Virus record (IMG/VR): IMGVR_UViG_3300028887_000006
Source of the DNA: an uncultured virus (IMG/VR IMGVR_UViG_3300028887_000006)
Lineage: Duplodnaviria > Heunggongvirae > Uroviricota > Caudoviricetes
DNA: 64,000 nucleotides
Reading direction: 5' to 3' (one strand)
Shown here: positions 8,623 through 19,257 of the stretch, one piece after another
Position numbering within the stretch: position 1 is the stretch's first letter
How the letters are laid out: the number at the start of each line of letters is the position of its first letter
Translations under genes and position numbers: made by a program
The notes under the pieces: generated by a model
What the model was told of the DNA's origin: nothing
What the model saw: the letters and a program-made list of their open reading frames with translations, nothing else
Databases searched by the model: none

Positions 8623-10167
8623 TTATTTTGCAAAAGTTTCTAACATTCTCAAAATTGCGTCTGTCGCAGACGAACCAACTTTATAGCCTGTTGGGGTCAT
8701 CGCTGGCAATCTTTGCCCTTCTTTGATAATTTCTCTTGCTAGTCCACGACGATATGACGGCGTTGACAATGATTCAATTATACGCACGATACCGCCCGAC
8801 ATAGATTCTGGCTTTTGTTCCGCCTTCATAACTTTCAATCTTGCACTAACTTCTTTGTTAAAGTCAAGTTGGTCTTGAACCGCGCTAGCGTATTCAGCGT
8901 TGATTCTTTTTGTGCCAGGAAACAATTTTTCTCTAACTTTCTTGATTTCCTGAATACCATCATAGATTTCTTTCTTTGCACCAGTCAATCTTGACGGGTT
9001 GTATTTCTTTGGTAACTGATTATTCAAAACTTGTTGCGCGGTCTGCCAAAACTCAAAACTACCAGGGTTTAATGTAGACACTTCTCCGTTTGCGCCTTGG
9101 ATTCTAAACAAGTCTTCGTTTCTATCTAAAACTTTTATAGCGCTAGCGTTGTCGTCAAGTTTTTCCAAAATGGCTTTAACTGGTTCGGTTGGATTATCTA
9201 CCGTCGGCATTCTTTCTACAAAATCACCGAAGTTTTTCTTCGCCGCTGTCATAGACGGATGTTCTGTCGCTTTCAATAACTGTTGGGCAGTTGTGCCTGC
9301 GGCAGTTTTTCCAGTATATACCCCTGGCGTATTCATACCCTGCATTGCTTCATACATATGCGACAACTGATATGCCGCATTTTCAATATCTTTTGCCCCC
9401 GCCGCGGAACCGCGCCCTAATGTAGAAGATATGGCCTGAGATTCTATACCTGGTCGTAACGCATCAGATAGCACAAACGATTCTATGTCGGCTTGTGGCA
9501 CTTCTTTGCCAAAACCTTTTTTCATTCGTGAAACTACATTTGTCAAACCTCCGCCCAAACTCAATGTTGCTGGTGCAACAATTCCGCCAGTCGCCGCACC
9601 AAGCCCTGCACCTATACCTGCGGCTTTTAATCTGTTTTCTAAACCACCTTGTGCATTACCAAATCCAAACGCCGCACCAGATGCACCACCAGCAGTTAAA
9701 CCACGACCAACCATGCTACGACCGACAGCACCTAATTTACCAGCCAATCCTAATTTTGTTGCAACACCAAATGGTAGCAAAGAACCAGCAATACCGCCAC
9801 CAACCTGTGCGGCGATTGCTTTTGTTGGATTTGCACTCATATAACCTTCACGAGACTCACGAGCATTTTGCAAGTATCTGTCATAAGATTCACCCCAAGA
9901 TTCATCAGTTTTCTTTTCTGCTGAAACAGTTGGGTCTATGTTTCTAATTGCTTGCTTTGTGGCACGCAAAGCCGCTTCTGCTTCGGCTGTTCCAGGAATC
10001 GTACCCATAGCAATATTACGAGCCAGACCGCCAAGATTACGACCACGATTTATAGCAATCCCTAAATCACGCAAATCTTGATTGGCTTGTGCCAAAGATT
10101 CTTGTGCAAAAAATTGCTGTTCTAAATCATTAGGTTGTGCAAAAAATTGCTGTTCTAAATCATTCAT
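8623..10167 (-). CDS. Putative DNA ejection/internal virion protein
   Basis: Gly/Ala-rich amphipathic segment; position after the nozzle. Confidence 0.6.
   Translation of the reverse strand: MNDLEQQFFAQPNDLEQQFFAQESLAQANQDLRDLGIAINRGRNLGGLARNIAMGTIPGTAEAEAALRATKQAIRNIDPTVSAEKKTDESWGESYDRYLQNARESREGYMSANPTKAIAAQVGGGIAGSLLPFGVATKLGLAGKLGAVGRSMVGRGLTAGGASGAAFGFGNAQGGLENRLKAAGIGAGLGAATGGIVAPATLSLGGGLTNVVSRMKKGFGKEVPQADIESFVLSDALRPGIESQAISSTLGRGSAAGAKDIENAAYQLSHMYEAMQGMNTPGVYTGKTAAGTTAQQLLKATEHPSMTAAKKNFGDFVERMPTVDNPTEPVKAILEKLDDNASAIKVLDRNEDLFRIQGANGEVSTLNPGSFEFWQTAQQVLNNQLPKKYNPSRLTGAKKEIYDGIQEIKKVREKLFPGTKRINAEYASAVQDQLDFNKEVSARLKVMKAEQKPESMSGGIVRIIESLSTPSYRRGLAREIIKEGQRLPAMTPTGYKVGSSATDAILRMLETFAK
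10102..10164 (-). repeat. Two perfect 30-bp units, 33-bp period (NDLEQQFFAQ x2)
   Basis: 10102-10131 = 10135-10164. Confidence 0.95.
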
Positions 10168-11255
10168 TGTGCCACCTTTTCAAATTTCATAGAACCATCT
10201 GGGTTATAACCTAAAAATCTCACACCGTTACGAACTTCGCCCACAGCAGGCATTTGTTGTTGTGGTTGTGCAGGCGTTTGCCCTAAATCTTTAACTCTCA
10301 ATGGGTCTTGTTCAATCTGTGCTGGCAACAAATCTTCTGCGTTTGACAACAAACCAAGTTGTTCATACGCAAAACGTTTTTGTTCGTCTGACCATGCATT
10401 CTTTTTAGACACGTCTTGAACTATACGCACAAATGTGTCTTTCATCGCAACTGGGTCTCTACCCGCTTCTGAAATCCATTTAGTGTATTTTCTATCTTCA
10501 AAGTCAGTAATCGGACCAGTTCCTTTTAATGTATCACGAGCCATCATCAAGATATTTTTGCCCAAGAACGTTTCATAATCTTGTCTAACCGCAGATTCTT
10601 GTTTTGAGCCAGATGTTTTACCTACGCCCTGATTGCTTAAATATCTGCCTAATCCCGATTGTTCACGATATGATTTTTCAGTAGGGCGACCTTCATCCCA
10701 ATTTTTAATCCAGTAATCCCAATCGGCTTGCGACACAAATGGAACTGTCTGTGATGCTGGTGTTTTCCCTGCACCTGTTGTGCTACTACGAACACCAGTA
10801 CCAATTTGGGCAACTGTTTCTGGGCCATATTTCATAGTAGACACTTGCTTTTCGCCCATTGCTTTATCAAACGCCAAGCGGTTTGCCAAGTCTTTCATTT
10901 GTGCATCGTAAATCTGTTGTTCACGAGCCATACGAGCATTCGCTGGGGCAGACGCACCCATACCAAATCCACGAGCAAAGTCGGTCAGCCAAGAGCCATA
11001 ACCCTGTTGCTGTGGCATATTCGCCAAAGTGTTTGCCAATGAATAACCAAGTTTCTCACGACCTTTTAGCACTTCGTTCAAATTCTGGGTCGACAACCCG
11101 ATTTGATTACGTGCTTCTTCCAAGTCAGCCAGAGCATACGGAGTGTTGACCACTTCCTGATATGTTTTTTGTGGGCGTGTAGCAATCGCATTTACACCCT
11201 GTGTCAAAGGTTCAATCATTGCCTGTAAAACTGCATAGTCTTTATCGTCTGCCAT
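10164..11255 (-). CDS. Putative ejection/internal virion protein
   Basis: LKGTGPITDFE motif typical of podovirus ejection proteins. Confidence 0.6.
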   Translation of the reverse strand: MADDKDYAVLQAMIEPLTQGVNAIATRPQKTYQEVVNTPYALADLEEARNQIGLSTQNLNEVLKGREKLGYSLANTLANMPQQQGYGSWLTDFARGFGMGASAPANARMAREQQIYDAQMKDLANRLAFDKAMGEKQVSTMKYGPETVAQIGTGVRSSTTGAGKTPASQTVPFVSQADWDYWIKNWDEGRPTEKSYREQSGLGRYLSNQGVGKTSGSKQESAVRQDYETFLGKNILMMARDTLKGTGPITDFEDRKYTKWISEAGRDPVAMKDTFVRIVQDVSKKNAWSDEQKRFAYEQLGLLSNAEDLLPAQIEQDPLRVKDLGQTPAQPQQQMPAVGEVRNGVRFLGYNPDGSMKFEKVAQ

Positions 11256-11270
11256 TTTGCCACCTTTCTA

Positions 11271-11900
11271 TTACGACAGTGCTTTCGCACCTGTTAAAAT
11301 TCCCATTGTTTCAGGGAACAAGCCAGCCGCACCCAAACCAAGTCCAGCGCCTGCCAGAGATGTTGCACCGCTGATAAGGTTGTTTTTCCATTGGTTGTAT
11401 GCTTGTGCATTAGCCACATTTGCTTGCTGTTGATAGCCAGCATTGGTTTTAACTCTATCCAAGATATTGCTTGCCATCGTATTGCCCATATTGAAGTAGC
11501 CACTTTCTAACCCTGCCAACTGATTTAAGATATTCTGCACACGGGCATCTTCTTGTGTCATAGCATTACGCAAGTCTGTGTTGCGATTTGCAACAATACT
11601 ATTCAAAATATTCTGTGTCGCACTACCACGAGCCCCACGAGCCATCGCCTGTGCACCTAATTGGTTTGCATATTGACGGTTGCTTGCGTCAATTAACTCT
11701 TGGCGAGCACGGAATGATTCGTTGCTGTATGACGGGTTAATTAACTCGTTCAAATACTGACCAATCCCACTTTGCGTGGTTTGGACATTCTGTGATACCA
11801 TTGGCGACAAATTCACGCCCTGCGCATTTGCAGAACCAAAATCGCCCCAATTATAATCTTCACTAATTTTTGCTGGCTCTATCGCCTTTGGCTTTCCCAT
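11271..11900 (-). CDS. Putative DNA pilot/ejection protein
   Basis: Gln/Asn/Ala-rich helices with a Gly/Ala hydrophobic C-terminus. Confidence 0.6.
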   Translation of the reverse strand: MGKPKAIEPAKISEDYNWGDFGSANAQGVNLSPMVSQNVQTTQSGIGQYLNELINPSYSNESFRARQELIDASNRQYANQLGAQAMARGARGSATQNILNSIVANRNTDLRNAMTQEDARVQNILNQLAGLESGYFNMGNTMASNILDRVKTNAGYQQQANVANAQAYNQWKNNLISGATSLAGAGLGLGAAGLFPETMGILTGAKALS

Positions 11901-11904
11901 AAAA

Positions 11905-12285
11905 TTACTCCTTATTTACTATATAATATCCAAATCTCTCGGTGTTTTTTACCCTTTTCCCGATTTTTTCTAATAAAATTTTCGCTGTGCGTTGGTCGGT
12001 CTTAAAATAAAGGTCGCCAACATTCAGTGCAATCTGCTTTATTATCTTGGAAACAGGCACTTTTTTATGCCTGCCTGCCCAACCAGAACAGAAATGCCCC
12101 ATAATGCCGTCGCTATCATCCCAATAGACAGCAAATCCGCCAACAATATCTCCTTGGTCAACAACGATGAATTTATCTGCACAAGAATAATCACCCCACG
12201 GTTCGTGCATATTTTCCTCCCAAAGTATCGCTGGTTTTTGGCCGTTATACTCTGAATTATTGTATGCCAACCGTAGTATTTGCAT
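11905..12285 (-). CDS. Hypothetical protein, possibly GNAT-like fold
   Basis: IVGGFAVY...AKILLEKIG; same position as acetyltransferase-like genes in podoviruses. Confidence 0.4.
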   Translation of the reverse strand: MQILRLAYNNSEYNGQKPAILWEENMHEPWGDYSCADKFIVVDQGDIVGGFAVYWDDSDGIMGHFCSGWAGRHKKVPVSKIIKQIALNVGDLYFKTDQRTAKILLEKIGKRVKNTERFGYYIVNKE

Positions 12286-13268
12286 TATGCAACCCTTGTT
12301 ATCAACACAAATCCATTCGTTCCAGCGGTATTAGTTGTTCCCCCAGTGCCATAATTACCACTAACACCATATTGTGCGTTTTCACTTGTAGTATCGGTTG
12401 GGGTTGTATGATGATTATATGCATTTGAACCACCACCATAAATACCACCACCACCTTTTGCGCCACCGCCAGCATCATAGTCACCACCAGCGCCGCCGCC
12501 ACCACAACCGCCGCCAGAATAACTTGTATTTACACCATTAGACCCACCGCCGCCACCGCCGGCACCAGCACCTATTCCGCCGGCACCACCGCTACGACGG
12601 TCACCAGCACCGTCACCACCGATACCCCCCTGACCAGCACTAACAGAAGGATAAAGCGAATAATAACCTGTTCCGCCAGCGCCGCCCGCACTCATATATC
12701 CACCTGCGTTTCCGCCCACAGCACCATTATAATCTGTAATGTGTCCATCAGCATCTCTATATGTGCGACCGCCACCACCGCCGCCACCAGAACCATAAAC
12801 ATATCTGGAATTCACATTCTGGGCACCGCCGCCGCCACCACCGCCACCAGCGCCCCCTTGGGCAACATAATTATATCCATTAATTTGCACAAAAGAATAC
12901 ATACCACCAGTACCACCTGCACCGCCATTAGCACCTTGTGAGCCACCAATTCCACCACTACCGCCAATACCTTGATATATTCCTTGTTCAATAGCATCGG
13001 CGTGATTTAATCCACCATTACCAACATATACCCTAATAATTGTTTCGTTTTGCAATGTTATTGTTTCAACACGTAATTCGCCTTTTCCTCCTGCACCACC
13101 AGCGCCACCTTGACCGCCCGAAGTTTTACCATTTTCGCCACCAGACCCACCTGCACCACGTATAACAAACTTATATCTACCCGCTGGCAAAGTTATATCC
13201 CTTCCGCCTGTTTCTGTATATAACAGTTTCTTATTCATATTGACCCAAAAAAAACTATTCAACAGCAT
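12285..13268 (-). CDS. Glycine-rich tail protein
   Basis: ITLPAGRY...GAGGSGG...GTNGFVLITR glycine-rich domain; likely ATG at 13268. Confidence 0.75.
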   Translation of the reverse strand: MLLNSFFWVNMNKKLLYTETGGRDITLPAGRYKFVIRGAGGSGGENGKTSGGQGGAGGAGGKGELRVETITLQNETIIRVYVGNGGLNHADAIEQGIYQGIGGSGGIGGSQGANGGAGGTGGMYSFVQINGYNYVAQGGAGGGGGGGGAQNVNSRYVYGSGGGGGGGRTYRDADGHITDYNGAVGGNAGGYMSAGGAGGTGYYSLYPSVSAGQGGIGGDGAGDRRSGGAGGIGAGAGGGGGGSNGVNTSYSGGGCGGGGAGGDYDAGGGAKGGGGIYGGGSNAYNHHTTPTDTTSENAQYGVSGNYGTGGTTNTAGTNGFVLITRVA

Positions 13269-13282
13269 TTTTATCCCTTTTC

Positions 13283-13759
13283 TTATTGAGTGACGTTGTA
13301 ATACCATTTGTTATCTATTTTATTATAGATATACATTATAGAATAGGTCAGGGTGCCATCTAGCAATATAGGATTTCCAATTGAACCAGCGGTACCATTT
13401 GCATAATCTAATGAATAATTACTCCCTTCAACAATTAACACGACTGTATGTGAATAACTGTCCGAAGATATTGTCGGCAACTGCACTTTATTTGTATTAT
13501 TGCCAGTCAGTGTCAGGTAATGCACTCTATTATCAGTCAAAGCAATCGTGCCGTCTGTTGATAAAACAATTGGTGTCTGTTTTTGGAAATCATTGACAAT
13601 GCTTTGTGTTAAGTTGCTCCCGTCTTTTAATAACGCATTATTAGCAACATTGTTTATTGTCGTTTCATTGCTGTTCGTTTGGGTTTGTAATTGCGAAAAG
13701 TTATCGTTTATCTTTGTCGCATTTATACCCTTTCCTGCTTGAAAAACATTCATTACCAT
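13283..13759 (-). CDS. Tail fibre/spike anchor-type protein
   Basis: FQAG..INATKINDNF motif. Confidence 0.6.
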   Translation of the reverse strand: MVMNVFQAGKGINATKINDNFSQLQTQTNSNETTINNVANNALLKDGSNLTQSIVNDFQKQTPIVLSTDGTIALTDNRVHYLTLTGNNTNKVQLPTISSDSYSHTVVLIVEGSNYSLDYANGTAGSIGNPILLDGTLTYSIMYIYNKIDNKWYYNVTQ

Positions 13760-13760
13760 T

Positions 13761-14249
13761 TTACACTCCTGCCTTTGCTATTTTGATTTGTGCCACACCG
13801 TTTGTTTCGTAAATAAAGATAAAATACATACCCGCACTGTAACCTGTTAAATCCCCAATATTTTCGATTTTCGTGCCAGAATAGTTTATAATGAAAGGCG
13901 GTGTTTCTAATGCCCTGTCATCTTGCAAAGATACAATAATACGCACATTAGCACACAAACCTTGCTCTAAATCTATCGTTAAATCTTCGCCACTATATAA
14001 AGTCTTAAAATACTCGTTTTCCACGACAGGTTTTACTCTATCGCCACCAATCGCATTACTATTAAACCAGCGACTTACGGATTCAAAGACAGCCGACAAA
14101 TCACTGCTAGGAAAGGCAACCAAATTCCCCGCATCAACAATGGCTTCATAGTGGGCAAGATTTGTATTTTCTAAAACACGAAAGTTTGCGTTCCATTCGT
14201 CTGCCACTACATAAGAACCAACCGAAAATGTATATAATTGCGTTATCAT
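13761..14249 (-). CDS. Tail fibre/spike anchor-type protein, paralogous N-terminus
   Basis: FSVGSYVVADEWNANF motif. Confidence 0.6.
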   Translation of the reverse strand: MITQLYTFSVGSYVVADEWNANFRVLENTNLAHYEAIVDAGNLVAFPSSDLSAVFESVSRWFNSNAIGGDRVKPVVENEYFKTLYSGEDLTIDLEQGLCANVRIIVSLQDDRALETPPFIINYSGTKIENIGDLTGYSAGMYFIFIYETNGVAQIKIAKAGV

Positions 14250-14257
14250 TTGCCACC

Positions 14258-16147
14258 TCAATAATCTAGCATTTCGTTTGTTATCACTGTGTTCTTTGCC
14301 TCTATGCCAGATATGTTAAACTGTTGGTCTGGCGATGTTGTATAAATGTCAATCTGCAAGTATCTCCAAAATGGCGGTCTTTCCGCAGTAACCAGTAATT
14401 CTGTCTGTTGCATTGCAAAGAATACTCTGCCCGACAAATCATCGTCATCTGATACAAACTGCGAACCATCTTCTGGCACTGTATCGTCATTAGAATATGT
14501 TGCAACATTTGAGAACCCTGCACGAGTAATACGGGCTTGGTAGGATTCGCCACGGTCTGTTGTAAATTTGATAAAGAAGTCATTACTGGTTTGTGGCTCT
14601 AATATAATTGCAAATGGATATAAATGGCTCTTGACCGAAGATTGCGAATCTAACCACATAATGTTTGTACGATAGTGTGAGTAATAACCGTTTTCGTTTG
14701 GAGTTTGTTTCACGCCGACACCCCAAATATCTGTTATCTCATATATCTGTTCTGTGCCGTCACAGAAATATTCTTTATTCAAGAAAGTCACCGCACGGGC
14801 ATTGTTTGTAAAACTTTCTTCAATCCACTCTTGAACATCAACATCATAAACTAACGCTTGCCCATTGGATTTCAAAAGGCGCACATGACGACCCACAGAA
14901 TTTACTGTAACGTTTTCAACATCTTCTAAATAATCTTGGATATCATCGCCAACAGGCTCATCAAAACCAATTGTGCCGTCAATATTATCACGCAATGTAA
15001 AGATGTTTTTTGACCAAGAATCAACATATGCACATTTGCCATTTATTACAAAGGTAGCATTCCCAAATACACCCTTGGCAGTCAATGTTTCAACTTTAAT
15101 ATCATTTTGGCTGGTGCCAGTTACATTATAAGAACGATTACGACAGAAAGCAGTTAAACCGTGGTATTTTTCTAATTTGTTAACATATTCGCCTGTTTCT
15201 ACATAAAAAGCACTTGTTTCCGTGGCACTGCTAATATATGTCATATCAAATACAGTAGGGTCGCCTGCTTCACTAAACCAAATGCCATAGATAGATTCGC
15301 TCCCGTTATTATGATAAGTTGTATAACCATTGATTGCTAATCTAGCCCCATATGGCTGAATGCTAGTCACGTCTATAACTGGCGTGGAAACCCCAGCACC
15401 ACTCAAAGGAATTGTTCTATAATAAAAGTCTGTCGTGCCCATACGGGTTGAATCAGGTATATTAACATCGGCAGAATAATACATAAAGCCCAAATAAGAC
15501 ACACCCACACCAAACGCACAAACAATGCCCAAACGGTCGCCCCATTGTGTCATACAAACATCTGCAACATCCGTAACTAATGGAAAAGCCGCAATCTGTA
15601 CAGGTGTAGTGTTGCCAGTAGAATCTGCTATAATCCATACGTTAATATTTGCACTTGTCTTGGTAAAAGCAACCAATTGGTCTGGTGCCGTATAACCAGA
15701 TAAATTTGCAGAGAACAACCGAATAATATTTTCGTAACTATATGTGATTGTCAGTTCATCTGTTGCAACTGGGTCACCAGTATATATTACACCAATAACA
15801 GCCAAATCAACTACATTGTTATCCGCATCAAGCCAGTTTTCGCCATCAAAAGTATAAACCGCTGTTCCAGATTCTGTAAAATCCGTATTATTACAAAATT
15901 TTAAGAAAGAAACGGTAATATCAGACAAAGAACTTCCCGTTGTCTGTGCAATTGTCGCTGTTCCGCATTTATTATAATTTTTATACCAACCGTCTGAACG
16001 AATACTGCGTTGCTGACCAGACTTTTCTTTTGATAATCTAATATTATGTGCAATATCTGCACCAAACTCAATATCAGAGTTTATGGTATTTAATTTACGA
16101 ATGCCCTTAAAACTTTTCCACAAAAGATTTTTATTTGTCGTAGTCAT
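14258..16147 (-). CDS. Tail nozzle / head-stabilisation protein (P22 gp10-like beta-propeller)
   Basis: YGARLAI...IWFSEAGDPTVF motif, size and position. Confidence 0.65.
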   Translation of the reverse strand: MTTTNKNLLWKSFKGIRKLNTINSDIEFGADIAHNIRLSKEKSGQQRSIRSDGWYKNYNKCGTATIAQTTGSSLSDITVSFLKFCNNTDFTESGTAVYTFDGENWLDADNNVVDLAVIGVIYTGDPVATDELTITYSYENIIRLFSANLSGYTAPDQLVAFTKTSANINVWIIADSTGNTTPVQIAAFPLVTDVADVCMTQWGDRLGIVCAFGVGVSYLGFMYYSADVNIPDSTRMGTTDFYYRTIPLSGAGVSTPVIDVTSIQPYGARLAINGYTTYHNNGSESIYGIWFSEAGDPTVFDMTYISSATETSAFYVETGEYVNKLEKYHGLTAFCRNRSYNVTGTSQNDIKVETLTAKGVFGNATFVINGKCAYVDSWSKNIFTLRDNIDGTIGFDEPVGDDIQDYLEDVENVTVNSVGRHVRLLKSNGQALVYDVDVQEWIEESFTNNARAVTFLNKEYFCDGTEQIYEITDIWGVGVKQTPNENGYYSHYRTNIMWLDSQSSVKSHLYPFAIILEPQTSNDFFIKFTTDRGESYQARITRAGFSNVATYSNDDTVPEDGSQFVSDDDDLSGRVFFAMQQTELLVTAERPPFWRYLQIDIYTTSPDQQFNISGIEAKNTVITNEMLDY

Positions 16148-16266
16148 TTTTTACGCACCACCTGTTCGTATGTTTTACCGTTATGTGTAACAATCTTGAC
16201 CTTGTCGCCATTATCTTTGACAAGGGTTCGGAAAGGATTTTCAAAAGGTTCTACTTTAATCGGCAT
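16144..16266 (-). CDS. 40-aa hypothetical protein (MPIKVEPFENPF...VVRKK)
   Basis: Translated by hand; fills the gap, stop overlaps the next ATG. Confidence 0.55.
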   Translation of the reverse strand: MPIKVEPFENPFRTLVKDNGDKVKIVTHNGKTYEQVVRKK

Positions 16267-16609
16267 CTTTCGTCTTTTTTATTGTTGATTTAATTATGTT
16301 TCTTTGAGCCATAAGTGCTTGTAATTCTTCTGGGGCACCATCATATGCTTTGCAAATTGCGTCAATCATATCGCCCAAATCTGGATAAGCCATACGACGC
16401 AACGCACGATAATCATATGGTGGTTCGCTGTGTTGTTCTTCGATATGGTCTTTATGTTCGATGTATTTTACTACCGAACCTTCGCCAGTAACAATCAAAG
16501 GTTTCCAGCCATCAGCAATCAAACGGTCAAGGTCTTTGTTATATCCAGCAATCCCTTTCCAAACCGCTGGTGCTTCCATCAAGTTTCCTTTTTCTAACTT
16601 ATACATCAT
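16256..16609 (-). CDS. Tail-associated protein
   Basis: YRALRRMAYPDLGDMIDAI motif. Confidence 0.55.
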   Translation of the reverse strand: MMYKLEKGNLMEAPAVWKGIAGYNKDLDRLIADGWKPLIVTGEGSVVKYIEHKDHIEEQHSEPPYDYRALRRMAYPDLGDMIDAICKAYDGAPEELQALMAQRNIIKSTIKKTKDAD

Positions 16610-17292
16610 AATTCAAACCTCTGGGCTTTATAGAACGGTGTTTTTGCAAACTCTAACAAAGAGTTCAAAGCAGCATTAAATTCCGCTTGCTGTGCTTGAT
16701 AAACGCTTGGCTGTGCACCTTCGTTCAAATACACTCTCGTCAAAGTCACAACGCATTTTGCATAAGCATCATAGACGTTTTCTGGCACATTTAGGAATTG
16801 GTTTGTAGTCGGGGCTACTGTGCCAGTAACATCAAAGTATTGCATAACGTTTCCATCTGCATGATTGCCGTAGTAGGCTATATTTTTATCATAGTATTTA
16901 ATCGTCATTTGGTGTTCTGCATCTTTTTCAGCAGGCGAGATAATGATTTCTTCGTTCTGCCAATCTTGTGACCACTGCGTTGGGCAACCTTTCGTGGCTG
17001 TCAATTCATCAACATATTCCAGTGGGCACTTGTTTGCACCATCGTTATCGGTCAACACCAAGCCTTTCACAATACCGTATGGCATTGGGTAACTAGAACG
17101 CCCTACTTGTGTAACATAAGTGATTTCTTTGGCGTTCCAAATCCAGTTATACATATCTCGCATATTGCCACAAGCGTGTTCAAACGCAACCAATACCGAC
17201 GGGGTAACGTCTTTCACATCAACCACTTGGCGATTATCTATGATTGACCGCTGATTTAGAGTTTCTATAATTAAGTCCTTAAAAGATTTCAT
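16606..17292 (-). CDS. Head-tail adaptor
   Basis: YNWIW...GRSSYPMP...GCPT motifs; follows the portal. Confidence 0.6.
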   Translation of the reverse strand: MKSFKDLIIETLNQRSIIDNRQVVDVKDVTPSVLVAFEHACGNMRDMYNWIWNAKEITYVTQVGRSSYPMPYGIVKGLVLTDNDGANKCPLEYVDELTATKGCPTQWSQDWQNEEIIISPAEKDAEHQMTIKYYDKNIAYYGNHADGNVMQYFDVTGTVAPTTNQFLNVPENVYDAYAKCVVTLTRVYLNEGAQPSVYQAQQAEFNAALNSLLEFAKTPFYKAQRFEL

Positions 17293-17301
17293 CTTTCACC
17301 C

Positions 17302-19185
17302 CTAATCTACTGTTGTTGACGTTTTGTTTTTGACTTGTGTTTCTGGCGTTACACGTGTCACGGGAACTGTCATTGTGCTGTCGCCATTTGGAACTTCAAC
17401 TGCTTCTGGCATCATACCTGTTTCTTCCCAAGACTTACGCAACACCTTACGATATTCGTCGTCTTGGATTTGCCCCATCATTTTAGATGCTTTCGCAATA
17501 TTGTTTTGTTCAACTTGTAACTGCTGACCCATTTGTACTAACTGTTGCAACACATCGTCAGATAATCCTGCAAAGTTCTGTATAATCTGCTGTGTGCGAC
17601 CATCGTTCAAGTAATCTTCTGGTTTTACACCCATAGCCTGCAATGCACGTGCCGCTGTATCTTGTATCTTTGGCATTGTCGGGTCTGCCGCACCTACTTT
17701 TTCCATCAAGGCAACGATATTCTGCATCTGCAACTGTTCGTTTGCATATTCCCACGCTGTCTTGATAATATTGCCGTCTAATTCCTGTCCTTCAATCATT
17801 TGCACGCAATCTTTCAGGTAACGGCTAACAATGTTCAGCATAATACCGCTGATAATCATATTCGGTATCAAGGATTCGCTGACCGCAATACGTTTTACCT
17901 CTTCTTCGGTCAACGCTTCTGACTTTACAGACAACTGCCCATTGTCAATACCAGCGATTTCTTTTTCCAACTGCTTGGTTGTTTCTTGGAACGATTGCAA
18001 CGCAGGTTGTGCATCGATATTTTCTTTGATAATTGCCGTTGGGTCTTGCATACCAAGACGATATGTAATAACTTTGCCTGGCTCTTGTTTCACAACTGGC
18101 TCTTCAAAGAACCCTGTAGGTGCAAAGCGTGTTGGGTTCAACTGTAATTTAACAGCATCACGAGTATCGTTAAACGCTTCTTCTTCGGCTTTACACAGGT
18201 CTGCAATATAGAACAAAGGTGACACACCACGAGAGCCATTACCACGTGCATGGAATGGATAATAATAAATATCTGGTGTATATATTCCTTTTGGTGCGAA
18301 ATATGCCAAGAACTCACGACCTATAACAACTGCAACATAATTTTCATATGCTTTACCGTCAATATAGAACGTTCCAAACATCGTCAGCACTTCAATTTGG
18401 TTATAACGATACACTGTGCTGATTGTTTCTTCGTCTGTGGATTCCATATTTGGTGTTGTTTGCTGTGCAAATTGTTCTTTGAATGCTTTCTCGTCTAATT
18501 CGTATGATTTATTAGACAGAATTTCACGACGGGTTTTCCATATTTTAACAATCTTGTCGCATTCATAAAAGTCATCAGTGCAAGGTGTAATCAACGGGTC
18601 ATACACAAAGTTGCACGGGTCAATACGCACAAAGTTAAGACGGCGACCCACTTCTTGTCTAACCACAAAGGAATTTTCACGCACAGAAATGATAGACCGT
18701 GGGTCAACATTACCAATTTCTTCAATCGGCAAAACTTCTTTTTTATAAATTGTTTTGTATTCGGAACTCGCAACGACTTCCCCTGTGTCCAACATATCTT
18801 TGATAGACACCAACAGGGTCTTTTTGTTTTCTTGGTCTAACGCATTATTATATACTTCGTCGTGTCTTTCCTTGCCAAGTTTCAAATACGATGAAATTTT
18901 ATCATAAAAGGTTTCATATAATATGCCGTATAGTTTATTATAAAACTCATACATACGGTTTAATCTAATCTTGGAATGCCAATCTTGTTTTCTTTCAGGC
19001 TGTTTAATATCGCAAATAGCTGGAGTGGCACGGTCACGAATAATTCTCGTATTATCTTGCAGTGATTCCACTGGCTTGCTCCACGCATTCCAACGAGCAA
19101 CGACATAGTCGCAGACTTGTTTTTTCTCGTCTGCTGTCAACTCTCTTTTTTTAACTTCGCCTAATTCGTAATCGCAAATAATCAT
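17302..19185 (-). CDS. Portal protein
   Basis: RIDPCNFVYDP, YPFH...GVSP, LTEEEV; about 627 aa; probable ATG at 19185. Confidence 0.8.
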   Translation of the reverse strand: MIICDYELGEVKKRELTADEKKQVCDYVVARWNAWSKPVESLQDNTRIIRDRATPAICDIKQPERKQDWHSKIRLNRMYEFYNKLYGILYETFYDKISSYLKLGKERHDEVYNNALDQENKKTLLVSIKDMLDTGEVVASSEYKTIYKKEVLPIEEIGNVDPRSIISVRENSFVVRQEVGRRLNFVRIDPCNFVYDPLITPCTDDFYECDKIVKIWKTRREILSNKSYELDEKAFKEQFAQQTTPNMESTDEETISTVYRYNQIEVLTMFGTFYIDGKAYENYVAVVIGREFLAYFAPKGIYTPDIYYYPFHARGNGSRGVSPLFYIADLCKAEEEAFNDTRDAVKLQLNPTRFAPTGFFEEPVVKQEPGKVITYRLGMQDPTAIIKENIDAQPALQSFQETTKQLEKEIAGIDNGQLSVKSEALTEEEVKRIAVSESLIPNMIISGIMLNIVSRYLKDCVQMIEGQELDGNIIKTAWEYANEQLQMQNIVALMEKVGAADPTMPKIQDTAARALQAMGVKPEDYLNDGRTQQIIQNFAGLSDDVLQQLVQMGQQLQVEQNNIAKASKMMGQIQDDEYRKVLRKSWEETGMMPEAVEVPNGDSTMTVPVTRVTPETQVKNKTSTTVD

Positions 19186-19207
19186 AATCACCACTCTTGT
19201 TTAAGAT

Positions 19208-19247
19208 TTTAGTGGTGGGGAAATTGGGAGCGACCCCCACCACTAAA
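19208..19247 (-). promoter_or_regulatory. 13-bp perfect inverted repeat between capsid and portal
   Basis: tttagtggtgggg/ccccaccactaaa with a 14-nt loop; no U-tract in the coding sense. Confidence 0.75.
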
Positions 19248-19257
19248 CTGGTTACCA

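Noticed and set aside
10102..10164. CRISPR-like repeat
   Set aside because: Only two units with a 3-bp spacer, in frame within a protein
12285..13268. CCA/CCG-rich low-complexity DNA as a repeat element
   Set aside because: Explained by glycine codons of a glycine-rich tail protein
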